Shown in pieces: positions 16,372 through 24,697 of a stretch of 29,060 nt of DNA; position 1 is the stretch's first letter; the number at the start of each line of letters is the position of its first letter. Below the pieces are notes generated by a model. The model was not told where the DNA came from. It ran no database searches and saw only the letters and a list, made by a program, of their open reading frames with translations. Where the stretch lies: positions 1-29,060 of IMG/VR virus record IMGVR_UViG_3300038608_000007. One strand, given 5' to 3'. A program made the translations under genes and the position numbers. This DNA comes from a virus (Duplodnaviria; Caudoviricetes).

Positions 16372-16408
16372 CATTGGGTAGAAGCTAGATTAAGTTTGCG
16401 TGTAATAT
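16368..16408 (+). promoter_or_regulatory. Late promoter with downstream -10-like pause element
   Basis: TTGACA (16368-16373), 17 nt, TAAGTT (16391-16396), then TAATAT at 16403-16408. Confidence 0.75.
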
Positions 16409-16460
16409 CTGAAATTGCGCCGCACAACCGGCCCTTCGGTTCGCCAAAGGATATTCTCCC

Positions 16461-16535
16461 ATGAGCCTTGCAACCCTACTCGTCGCGGTGCTGATCTGGC
16501 TGCTGCAAAATCTTGCTCCGAACATGATGGTGTGA
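16461..16535 (+). CDS. Tiny hydrophobic peptide (24 aa)
   Basis: MSLATLLVAVLIWLLQNLAPNMMV, preceded by AAGGA. Confidence 0.4.
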   Translation: MSLATLLVAVLIWLLQNLAPNMMV

Positions 16536-16539
16536 GATA

Positions 16540-16995
16540 ATGGCAAAAAGAGGCAGGCCGACATTATACAAGCCTGCATTTGTCAAGCAGGCGATCAAGC
16601 TTTCCGAGTATGGCGCAACCGATCAGGAAATGGCCGATTTCTTCGAGGTAGATGTTAGAACACTCTATCGCTGGAAGCATGACCACGATGATTTTTGTCA
16701 GGCCTTAAAGACCGGCAAGGAAACCGCCGACGAGCGTGTTGAGCGCAGCCTTTACCAAAAGGCGATTGGTTACGAGCAGGACGAGGTCAAGATATTCATG
16801 CCTGCCGGTGCTGATGAACCTGTCTATGCGCCTTTCAGGGCCAAGATAGCACCAGACACCACGGCGGCGATATTCTGGCTCAAAAACCGCCGCTCACAGG
16901 AATGGCGCGACAAGAACGAAACACAGTTGAGCGGTGAAATCATAGCCAAGGTGACGCGGGAACTTGTCCGTCCGTCGGAGCAAGTGGATGGCTAG
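16540..16995 (+). CDS. terS: Terminase small subunit
   Basis: GRPTLY, HTH GATDQEMADFFEV..RTLYRWK, VERSLYQKAIGY and PDTTAAIFWLKNR..W; upstream of terL. Confidence 0.9.
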   Translation: MAKRGRPTLYKPAFVKQAIKLSEYGATDQEMADFFEVDVRTLYRWKHDHDDFCQALKTGKETADERVERSLYQKAIGYEQDEVKIFMPAGADEPVYAPFRAKIAPDTTAAIFWLKNRRSQEWRDKNETQLSGEIIAKVTRELVRPSEQVDG

Positions 16996-17149
16996 GAAGG
17001 GTGAGGCGAAGGCTTGGCTTGAACGGGCGGCTACTTACACTGGTCCGGATTGCTTGGAGTGGCCGTTTTCCGTTTGTGCTGGCGAGTATGGGGTAAGCCG
17101 CCCCGCCGCGTCTCTCATCCGGGTTGGGGTGAATTGGGCCTATCTGTGA
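16988..17149 (+). pseudogene. N-terminal stub of an HNH homing endonuclease
   Basis: AWLERA....DCLEWPFS...GEYG, then no AHR or HxCxN core before the stop, which overlaps the terL start. Confidence 0.55.
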
Positions 17150-18468
17150 GTGTCCTGACCATTCCAACAGCTGAGGTATTCGAGCCTCTACTCGCACCAG
17201 CGCGCGACAAGGTAGCGAAAGGCGGACGCGGCAGTGGTAAGTCGCATTTCTTCGGCGGACTGGCTGTAGAGGATGCCTTGTGCGAACCAGGAGATAACGG
17301 CGGCGAAGGTTTACGGATGGTTTGCATCCGCGAAGTGCAAAAGGACTTGGCTCAATCGGCCAAGCTGCTGATCGAGAGCAAGCTCTACGAACACGGGCTT
17401 AGCTATGGGCAAGGCTTCAGAATTTACGAGGACTTGATCCAGACGCCGGGCGATGGGCTTATCATGTTCAAGGGGATGAACAACTACACCGCCGACAGCA
17501 TCAAGTCGCTGGAGGGTTTCAAGCGGGCATGGTGGGAAGAGGCCCACACAGCTACCCAGAAAAGCATCAATCTGTTGCGTCCGACCATGCGCGCCAGTGG
17601 TTCGCAGATGTGGTGGAGCTACAATCCATCTCGCAAGACCGATCCGGTCGATGTCATGTTCATGGGAGCGGAAAAGCCGACCGGGGCAGCGGTGGTCACT
17701 GCGAACTGGCGCGATAACCCATGGTTCACCGCTGAATTGGAGCAGGAACGCAAGGACTGCTTAAGGATGCAGCCCGATCAATACGAGCACATCTGGGAAG
17801 GCGGCTACGTCACCGTGTCGGAAAACGCCTATTATGCCAGGCACCTTTCCGAAGCGCGCGGTCAGGGGCGGATTTGCCGGTTGGCGTTCGATCCGCTCAT
17901 GAGGGTCAAGCTATTCTGGGATATCGGAGGCACTGGAGCAAAGGCGGACGCCTGTTCGATCTGGCCGTGCCAGTTTATCAATCGCGAGATCAGGACACGG
18001 GATTATTACGAGGCGAACGGGCAGGATTTAGCCACACACGTCAACTGGTTGCATTCGAAGGGATACGGGCCGGACCGGGCGGACATCTATTTGCCGCATG
18101 ACGGGGCAGCAAACGACAAGGTATTCGCGGTCAGCTATGAAAGCGAGCTGCGCCGGGCCGGGTATGACGTGACAGTGGTGCCTAATCAGGGACGCGGTGC
18201 GGCCATGGCGAGGATCGAAGCGCTACGTCGCTTGTTCGGGCAGATATACTTTGACGAGGCGACAACCGAAGGCGGACGCGATGCACTGGGGTGGTATCAT
18301 CCCAAGATCGATGAAAAGCGCGGGATTGACCTTGGCCCGGAACACGATTGGGCAAGCCATGCCGCCGACGGATTCGGCTTGATGGCGAATGTTTATGAAG
18401 AACCGATAGCAAAGCGCCAGCAGAGCATGAGACAAAGACCGGCAGCGGCAGGAGGATGGTTAGGATGA
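17146..18468 (+). CDS. terL: Terminase large subunit (PBSX-like)
   Basis: Walker A GGRGSGKS, CIREVQ, Walker B WWEEA, and nuclease motifs WDIG, LPHDG and HDWASHAADGF; GTG start at 17146. Confidence 0.95.
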   Translation: MSVLTIPTAEVFEPLLAPARDKVAKGGRGSGKSHFFGGLAVEDALCEPGDNGGEGLRMVCIREVQKDLAQSAKLLIESKLYEHGLSYGQGFRIYEDLIQTPGDGLIMFKGMNNYTADSIKSLEGFKRAWWEEAHTATQKSINLLRPTMRASGSQMWWSYNPSRKTDPVDVMFMGAEKPTGAAVVTANWRDNPWFTAELEQERKDCLRMQPDQYEHIWEGGYVTVSENAYYARHLSEARGQGRICRLAFDPLMRVKLFWDIGGTGAKADACSIWPCQFINREIRTRDYYEANGQDLATHVNWLHSKGYGPDRADIYLPHDGAANDKVFAVSYESELRRAGYDVTVVPNQGRGAAMARIEALRRLFGQIYFDEATTEGGRDALGWYHPKIDEKRGIDLGPEHDWASHAADGFGLMANVYEEPIAKRQQSMRQRPAAAGGWLG

Positions 18469-20378
18469 CTGATGAAGAAATCCTTTCCGAAGCCCGCGAC
18501 AAGTTCAAGGAAGCGCAGGACTGCGAAAACGATACCCGCGAAGAAGCGCTTGACGATCTGAAATTCGCGCGGCTTGGCGAACAATGGCCAGACCACATCC
18601 GCGATGAACGCGAACGTGATTTTCGTCCGTGCCTGACCAAGAACCGCTTGCCGACATTCATCCGGCAGGTGGTCAATGACGTGCGCCAAAACAAGCCATC
18701 GATTGTGGTTCATCCCGCGGATGATGGTGCCGACAAGGAAACGGCTGATATTTACAACGGGCTGATCCGCAACATCCAGGTATCGAGCGATGCGGACGTG
18801 GCAACCGACACGGCTACGGAATCGGCGGTATCGAACGGGTTCGGATATTTCAGGATCGACATCAGTGATGACGGCCGCGATATCGAGTTCAGGCGCATCG
18901 CCAATCCGTTTTCGGTATTCCGCGATCCAGACAGCGAGGCAGCGGATTCGAGTGATTGGGACCGGTGCTGGGTCGTCACGATGTTGTCGAAGGACAAGTT
19001 CGAAGGGGCTTACAAGAACGCCGAGGCGATAGATTGGCAGGCCGAAGGTTACACCGGACTGACTTCGCCATGGTACGAAGGCGACCAGGTGATGGTTGCC
19101 GAATACTGGCGGCGCGAGGCGCTCACGATTCCGACCGTGACGCTATCAAATGGTTCGGTGAAACGCGCCGACGAGATCGATCCGTTCGAACTGGCGATGA
19201 AGGGTATCGAGGTAATCGAAACCGGGGAAGCGCCTTCGCACAAAGTCACGCAATATGTGCTGACCGGCAAGGAGATACTGGAGACGAATGAATGGCCGGG
19301 CAAGTACATCCCGATCATCCCGGTTTACGGCGATGAAATCAATATCGAGGGCAAACGCTATTTCCGGTCGCTGATTAATCCCGCCAAGGATGCCCAGCGG
19401 ATGTTCAACTATTGGGATACGATGGCGACGGAACTGGTCGCGCTGGCTCCCAAGGCACCGTATATCGGCGAAGAAGGCGCATTCGAGATAGACCCGCGCT
19501 GGTCAACAGCGAACCAGATCAACCACCCTTATCTTGAATACAAGAAGGGGCACCAGATGCCGCAGCGCCAGCAATTCCCGTCGTTCCCGGTTGGGGTGAT
19601 GGAAATGGCCTTGCGCAGTGCCGACGACATGAAAGCAATTATCGGGCTGCATGACGCCTCGCTGGGCGCGCGTTCGAACGAAACCAGCGGGGTAGCAATC
19701 CGGGCAAGGCAGGCAGAAGGCGATGTTTCGACATTTCACTTTATCGATAACCTGTCGCGCGCAATTAGACATGCGGGGCGCATCCTGATCGACCTGATTC
19801 CCAAGGTCTATAACAGGACGCGCATTGTCCGCATTCTGGGCGAGGACATGAAGCCGCAGAATGTGCGCATCCAGCCGGGAGCACCGCCGCAAGAGGAACA
19901 GCAGCAGGCGCAGGAAATGGGTGAAGCCATCGAGCGGGTTTATGATCTGGACGCTGGCAAGTATGATCTGGTGGTGAAGGCCGGGCCGTCCTATTCGACA
20001 TTGCGCGAGGAAACGCGGGCGGAACTGGTCGATATCATCCGTTCGGTGCCTGAAAGCGCATCGATCCTTGGCCCGATGTATTTGCGGCATTCGGATTGGC
20101 CGGGCGCAGAGGACGCCGCCGACAAGCTTGAACAGGGCCGTGAAGGCGTATCGCCTGAACACCAGAAACAGATGCAGCAAATGGCCGAGCAGTTACGCCA
20201 GGCGCAGGAGGCCACTGGTGAAAACGAGGTCAAGATGGCGGAACTTCAACTGAAGAACCGCGAACTCGATATCAAGGAGCGCGAATTGTCGATCAAGGAA
20301 ATCGAAGCGCGCGCCAAAGTGTATTCGGCAGCAAATGTCGGACAACCCGCGACTGAACTCTATCGAGAGGTCGCATAA
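18465..20378 (+). CDS. Portal protein, P22-like
   Basis: GEQW, RPCLT.N, G.GYFRI, KDAQR.FNYW and SG.AI.ARQ..G...F.DNL; C-terminal coiled-coil. Confidence 0.93.
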   Translation: MTDEEILSEARDKFKEAQDCENDTREEALDDLKFARLGEQWPDHIRDERERDFRPCLTKNRLPTFIRQVVNDVRQNKPSIVVHPADDGADKETADIYNGLIRNIQVSSDADVATDTATESAVSNGFGYFRIDISDDGRDIEFRRIANPFSVFRDPDSEAADSSDWDRCWVVTMLSKDKFEGAYKNAEAIDWQAEGYTGLTSPWYEGDQVMVAEYWRREALTIPTVTLSNGSVKRADEIDPFELAMKGIEVIETGEAPSHKVTQYVLTGKEILETNEWPGKYIPIIPVYGDEINIEGKRYFRSLINPAKDAQRMFNYWDTMATELVALAPKAPYIGEEGAFEIDPRWSTANQINHPYLEYKKGHQMPQRQQFPSFPVGVMEMALRSADDMKAIIGLHDASLGARSNETSGVAIRARQAEGDVSTFHFIDNLSRAIRHAGRILIDLIPKVYNRTRIVRILGEDMKPQNVRIQPGAPPQEEQQQAQEMGEAIERVYDLDAGKYDLVVKAGPSYSTLREETRAELVDIIRSVPESASILGPMYLRHSDWPGAEDAADKLEQGREGVSPEHQKQMQQMAEQLRQAQEATGENEVKMAELQLKNRELDIKERELSIKEIEARAKVYSAANVGQPATELYREVA

Positions 20379-20393
20379 TCTGAAGGGACGAAA

Positions 20394-21239
20394 ATGGTAG
20401 AAGTCACGACCGGGCCGGAAGATGATGAACTTCCGGAAGTCGAAGAAGAGCAGGACGATACAACCGATGAAACCGAAGCCGACGAACCTCAGGATGAGGA
20501 ATCGGACGAGGATGAAGAGGACATCGAACCCGATCCCATCGAAGTCGAATACGGCGGAAAGAAGTACAAGGTCCACCCTGATCTACGCGACGGCATTATG
20601 TGGCAAGCGGATTATACCCGCAAGACGCAGGAAGTCGCTGAACAGCGCAAAGCCCTTGAAGCCCGCATCACCGAGACAGAACAGGTCAGTGAAGCGGAAA
20701 CCAATCTCCGTGTGCGAAAGGTGGCTATCGAAGCCGCGCTTGAACAGTATTCGAACGCCGATTGGGATGCTCTGGAACGACAGAATCCAGCAGAAGCCCA
20801 AAGACATTTCCGCAACTTCACGGTGCTCCAGCAGCAGTTGAAGGGAACGGAAAGCGATTTGCGGGAAGCTTCCGGCAAGCGTGAAGCCGAAACGAAGCAA
20901 GTATTTGCCGAACGTTTCGAGCAGAGCATGTCTGAAATCGGAAAGGCTATTCCTGACTGGGGCGAACCAAAAGCGGTGGCTCTGCGCGATTTTGCACAGA
21001 AAAACTTCGGGTTCACCGATGAGGAATTTCGTATTGCGTTGCACGATCCAAGACAGATCAAACTCGTCAATATGGCGTTCGCAGCGGCAAAGGCCAAACC
21101 AAAGCCTGCCTCACCTCAACCGGCTGTCAAAGCGGCGTCCAAGGTTAAAGGTGGTTCATCCCCGAAAAAGGGGCTGGACGACCGGATGTCGGCTGAAGAA
21201 TGGACAAAGGCCCGTAACCGGCAGCTACAAACCTCATAG
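20394..21239 (+). CDS. Scaffolding protein
   Basis: Acidic N-terminus, QADYTRKTQE.AEQRK motif and coiled-coil; lies between the portal and the coat. Confidence 0.88.
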   Translation: MVEVTTGPEDDELPEVEEEQDDTTDETEADEPQDEESDEDEEDIEPDPIEVEYGGKKYKVHPDLRDGIMWQADYTRKTQEVAEQRKALEARITETEQVSEAETNLRVRKVAIEAALEQYSNADWDALERQNPAEAQRHFRNFTVLQQQLKGTESDLREASGKREAETKQVFAERFEQSMSEIGKAIPDWGEPKAVALRDFAQKNFGFTDEEFRIALHDPRQIKLVNMAFAAAKAKPKPASPQPAVKAASKVKGGSSPKKGLDDRMSAEEWTKARNRQLQTS

Positions 21240-21307
21240 CAGGAAACCCACGCTGAGAAGCGTCGGCCTTCCCAGTCCCCGCAAGGGGCAAGATGGAACT
21301 TTTTATC

Positions 21308-22495
21308 ATGGCAAATACAATTCTCACTCCAACCGCTGTGACGAGAGAGGCTCTGCGCATTTTGCACCAGAAGCTGAACTTCGTCGGCAGCATCGACCGT
21401 CAATATGACGATCAGTTCGCCAAATCCGGCGCGAAAATCGGCACCACGCTGAAAATTCGTGAGCCGAACCAGTACACGGTTCGCACCGGGGCAACCATCG
21501 ATGTGCAGGATACTACGGAGTCTTCGCAGACCCTGACTGTGGCAACACAGAAGGGTGTGGACATGAATTTCTCCTCGGTTGAACTTACCATGTCGCTGGA
21601 TGACTTCAGCAAGCGCGTGCTTGAACCGGCAGTTTCGGTTCTGGCGGCCAATATCGAATACGATGCCATGTCGATGTACAAGGACATCTACAATTCGGTG
21701 TGGGACAGCGCAGGCGATCTGACCTACAACGATGTGCTTGATGCACGGCAGTTGATCCAGAACGGTCTTTCGCCAATGGGCAGCCGCACGGCCAACCTCA
21801 ATTCGCAGGATATGGTCGATGTGGTCAAGGACACCAAGACGCTGTTCAACGACCAGGCACAGCTTTCGAAGCAGTATCTTGAAGGTTATGTCGGCAAGGC
21901 GGGCGGCTTCGACTTCGTGGAAAATACCATGTGGCCGGGGCATACGACTGGCAGCGAAGACGCGGCTTATGTGGTCAACACCTCAACCGGGATCACTTCC
22001 GGGACAGCGACGATCACGACCACGGCTGGCACCGGCACGTTGTCGGTAGGCGACGTGTTCACGGTTGTAGGCGTCAATTCGGTGCATCCTGAAACCAAGG
22101 CCGATTCCGGCGTGTTGCAGCAGTTTGTTATTACTACGGCTGTAACCGGCACTGGTGCATGGGCTGTTTCGCCGACCCCGATCACTTCGGGAGCGAAGCA
22201 GAACATCGTCATCAACTCGGCTGGGTCGTCCAAGGCTGTTGTCGTGGCTGGCACGGCTTCGACTGCACACCGCACTTCGCTGGTCTATCAGAAAGAAGCG
22301 TTCACCTTCGTGACCGCCGATCTTGTGATGCCGACCGGTGTTGACTTCGCACGGCGTGAAGTGATCGACGGAATCGCGATGCGAATCGTCCGTGACTATG
22401 ACATCAACAACGACAAGTTCCCTTGCCGTCTCGATGTTCTTTATGGTTACAAGACGCTTCGCCCGCAGTTCGCTGCACGGCTTCACATGAATTGA
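21308..22495 (+). CDS. Major capsid protein, P22 coat (gp5) family
   Basis: MANTILT, GAKIG.TL.IR.P, LSLDDF..R.L.PA and RLDVLYG...RP. Confidence 0.93.
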   Translation: MANTILTPTAVTREALRILHQKLNFVGSIDRQYDDQFAKSGAKIGTTLKIREPNQYTVRTGATIDVQDTTESSQTLTVATQKGVDMNFSSVELTMSLDDFSKRVLEPAVSVLAANIEYDAMSMYKDIYNSVWDSAGDLTYNDVLDARQLIQNGLSPMGSRTANLNSQDMVDVVKDTKTLFNDQAQLSKQYLEGYVGKAGGFDFVENTMWPGHTTGSEDAAYVVNTSTGITSGTATITTTAGTGTLSVGDVFTVVGVNSVHPETKADSGVLQQFVITTAVTGTGAWAVSPTPITSGAKQNIVINSAGSSKAVVVAGTASTAHRTSLVYQKEAFTFVTADLVMPTGVDFARREVIDGIAMRIVRDYDINNDKFPCRLDVLYGYKTLRPQFAARLHMN

Positions 22496-22500
22496 TGCAG

Positions 22501-22532
22501 CGGGCGGGGGCAACCTCGCCCGTTCATTTTTT
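22501..22532 (+). terminator. Rho-independent terminator after the capsid gene
   Basis: CGGGCGGGG-GCAA-CCTCGCCCG stem-loop followed by TTCATTTTTT. Confidence 0.8.
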
Positions 22533-22543
22533 GGAGAATTGAA

Positions 22544-22792
22544 ATGACTTACCAAGTTGATGACGGCGACGATGGTGGCGCGATCCTGGGCCGTTCTTCG
22601 GGCAAGGTCGGGTTTTACGGAACCACGCCTGCCACGATTCCGACCGTGACCAGCAACGTGACCATTGCCTTTTCGGCAGCATTCACCGGCATGTGGGCCT
22701 TCCAGAACAGCACCCGCGCGGCGCAGTTCGTGACCCAGGTGCAGGATATTGCCGCTGCGCTCAAGACCTTGGGTCTTGTGGCTGAAGGCTAA
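22544..22792 (+). CDS. Small virion protein (head decoration or fibre-like)
   Basis: G..LG....KVGFYG.TP...L..LGL pattern, directly after the coat gene; GGAG RBS. Confidence 0.7.
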   Translation: MTYQVDDGDDGGAILGRSSGKVGFYGTTPATIPTVTSNVTIAFSAAFTGMWAFQNSTRAAQFVTQVQDIAAALKTLGLVAEG

Positions 22793-22805
22793 GGAAAGGG
22801 ACGAC

Positions 22806-23978
22806 ATGCGATCAGTGCAGACATTACCCGCTTACCAACCGCGCAAGCGGGTGATGATCGGTATCGGGGCTTCGGATTCGACAATCGAAGTGCCGTGCGT
22901 GTCGTCCCTTTACACTTCCGCTGTCCTGCTATGGGCGGCGAATATCACAGTCGATCTGTGCATCGAGGCGGGCAATTGCCACGTCGATGACATGCGCAAT
23001 GCGATTGTGGCGCAATTTCTCAAAGGTGAAGCCGAAGAACTGGTTTTCATCGACGAGGATGTCAGTTTTGCCGCGCTCGATCTGCTACGGCTGATCGAAC
23101 ATGGCCATGATGTGATCGGCGGGGTTTACCCCAAGAAAGAGGAAGTCGAGAACTTCCCCGTATTCGTGCGGCCCGACACCGAACTGTGGGCCGATGCCAG
23201 CGGCGCGGTTGAAGTCCACGGGCTTCCCACGGGCTTCCTCAAGATCAAGCGGCATGTGCTGCAAAAGATGTGGGATGCGGCGGAGGACAAGCGCTGGTTC
23301 GGCAGTGATGAAATGGAATACCGCGAGATATTCGCGCGGGGATTTACCGATGGGGTGCGCAAGTCCGGGGACTATGCGTTCTGCCACAAATGGGTTTCGA
23401 TGGGCGGCAAGTGCTTTGCTGATCCATCCATGAATTTCGGCCATGTCGGCAAGAAGATGTGGGCGGGCAATCTTGGCGACTGGTGGAAGGCCAAACATGG
23501 GCTTGATAATGGGCTTGAAGCGGCAATCGTGGGCCTGAAGGGCGGCGACCGGCAGGCACTGGGGCTGCTCGCGGAGGCATGGGGCAACAAGCCTTGGGCG
23601 GCTTCTGAGGAGTTTCTAGGCGCGCTGCGCGATTATGCGAGCGGCAGGGTGCTCGAATGCGGTTCGGGCGCTTCGACAGTGCTGATGGCGGCAATGGGGC
23701 TGGATGTCACCACGCTTGAACACGATGAAAACCACGCCGCCAAGGTGGCTTGGGAACTGAAAAAGCACGGACTTGAAGAACGGGTAAATATCATCTGCAA
23801 GCCGCTCAAGGGCGGATGGTATGATTTCGACGGCGGCGAATTCGATACGCTGGTGATCGACGGCCCGCCGCGTAATATATCGGACCGGTCGATTGCAACC
23901 GAACGGGTTAAAGCGCTGGTCGTGGTCTGGGATGACTATGAAGCCGACAAACAGGTCAAGGTGATGGAGAACGTCTGA
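22806..23978 (+). CDS. Glycosyltransferase (GT-A-like) fused to a class I SAM-dependent methyltransferase
   Basis: N-domain: RN.IV..FL, LVFIDED (DxD), DVIGGVYPKK, PTGFLKIKR, DY.FC..W and GHVG. C-domain: VLECGSGAST, TLEHD, VIDGPP and VWDD. Confidence 0.82.
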   Translation: MRSVQTLPAYQPRKRVMIGIGASDSTIEVPCVSSLYTSAVLLWAANITVDLCIEAGNCHVDDMRNAIVAQFLKGEAEELVFIDEDVSFAALDLLRLIEHGHDVIGGVYPKKEEVENFPVFVRPDTELWADASGAVEVHGLPTGFLKIKRHVLQKMWDAAEDKRWFGSDEMEYREIFARGFTDGVRKSGDYAFCHKWVSMGGKCFADPSMNFGHVGKKMWAGNLGDWWKAKHGLDNGLEAAIVGLKGGDRQALGLLAEAWGNKPWAASEEFLGALRDYASGRVLECGSGASTVLMAAMGLDVTTLEHDENHAAKVAWELKKHGLEERVNIICKPLKGGWYDFDGGEFDTLVIDGPPRNISDRSIATERVKALVVVWDDYEADKQVKVMENV

Positions 23979-24697
23979 TGTCAACCATTGCCCTGACTAT
24001 CACATCCGGCTCTTACGATACCTATGACACGTTAACGGCGGCTGTGCCGGATTATCTGGATGCCCAGATCGACAGCGCGCAGGTGCCTGGCTGGGTCGGG
24101 CTGGTCGAGGCGGAAATCAATCGCAGGCTCGCACTTGACCCGGTGCGCCCGCAGTTGACGCGTCAGACCATCACGCTCGACGCCGAATATGTGACGATCC
24201 CGACCGATTTCCAGAAGGATGTCAGCCTCGAATATGTCGAAAGCGACGGAACCAGGCATGAAATTCGGTTTGTCGATTTCACCGGACTGGTTGACGATGT
24301 TGCCAATCCGATTCCCGAAACATGGTTGTTTTCCGCCAATCCCGACTATACCGACAAGCCCGAAGTGGCGGCGATTATTGACGGCGAAATGCGGCTGTTT
24401 CCGGTGCCCGATGCGTCCTATTCGGGGACCTTCCTTTACAATGCCAAGTTGACGGCGATCAGCGACACGAACCAGCAAAACTGGTTTTTGGCCGCTCATT
24501 CGGATGTCTATCTCTACGGGCTGTTGTTCCATGCCAATGCGTTTTTGCCCGACAAGGAAACGGCGGCGCAGTGGTTCGATCTGTTCAATTCAAGGCTTGA
24601 CCAGGTGCTTACGTCCTACCCACGCACGGTGGTTCGCCGCAAGCTGCGCAGCGATGCCGTTTACATGGCCGACAGGCAGCGCCGGGTGCTGGCGTGA
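23978..24697 (+). CDS. Head-tail adaptor protein
   Basis: AEINRRL, LFPVPD..Y and NW.L..H.DVYLYG.L; position after the head genes. Confidence 0.75.
   Translation: MSTIALTITSGSYDTYDTLTAAVPDYLDAQIDSAQVPGWVGLVEAEINRRLALDPVRPQLTRQTITLDAEYVTIPTDFQKDVSLEYVESDGTRHEIRFVDFTGLVDDVANPIPETWLFSANPDYTDKPEVAAIIDGEMRLFPVPDASYSGTFLYNAKLTAISDTNQQNWFLAAHSDVYLYGLLFHANAFLPDKETAAQWFDLFNSRLDQVLTSYPRTVVRRKLRSDAVYMADRQRRVLA

Noticed and set aside
16400-16460. Possible tRNA or strong terminator after the late promoter
   Set aside because: No cloverleaf or T-loop consensus is present, and the hairpin is short with no U-tract.
17050-17145. N-terminal extension of terL from TTG 17050
   Set aside because: It overlaps the HNH stub. 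GTG 17146 gives a typical TerL start with a GTGA overlap.
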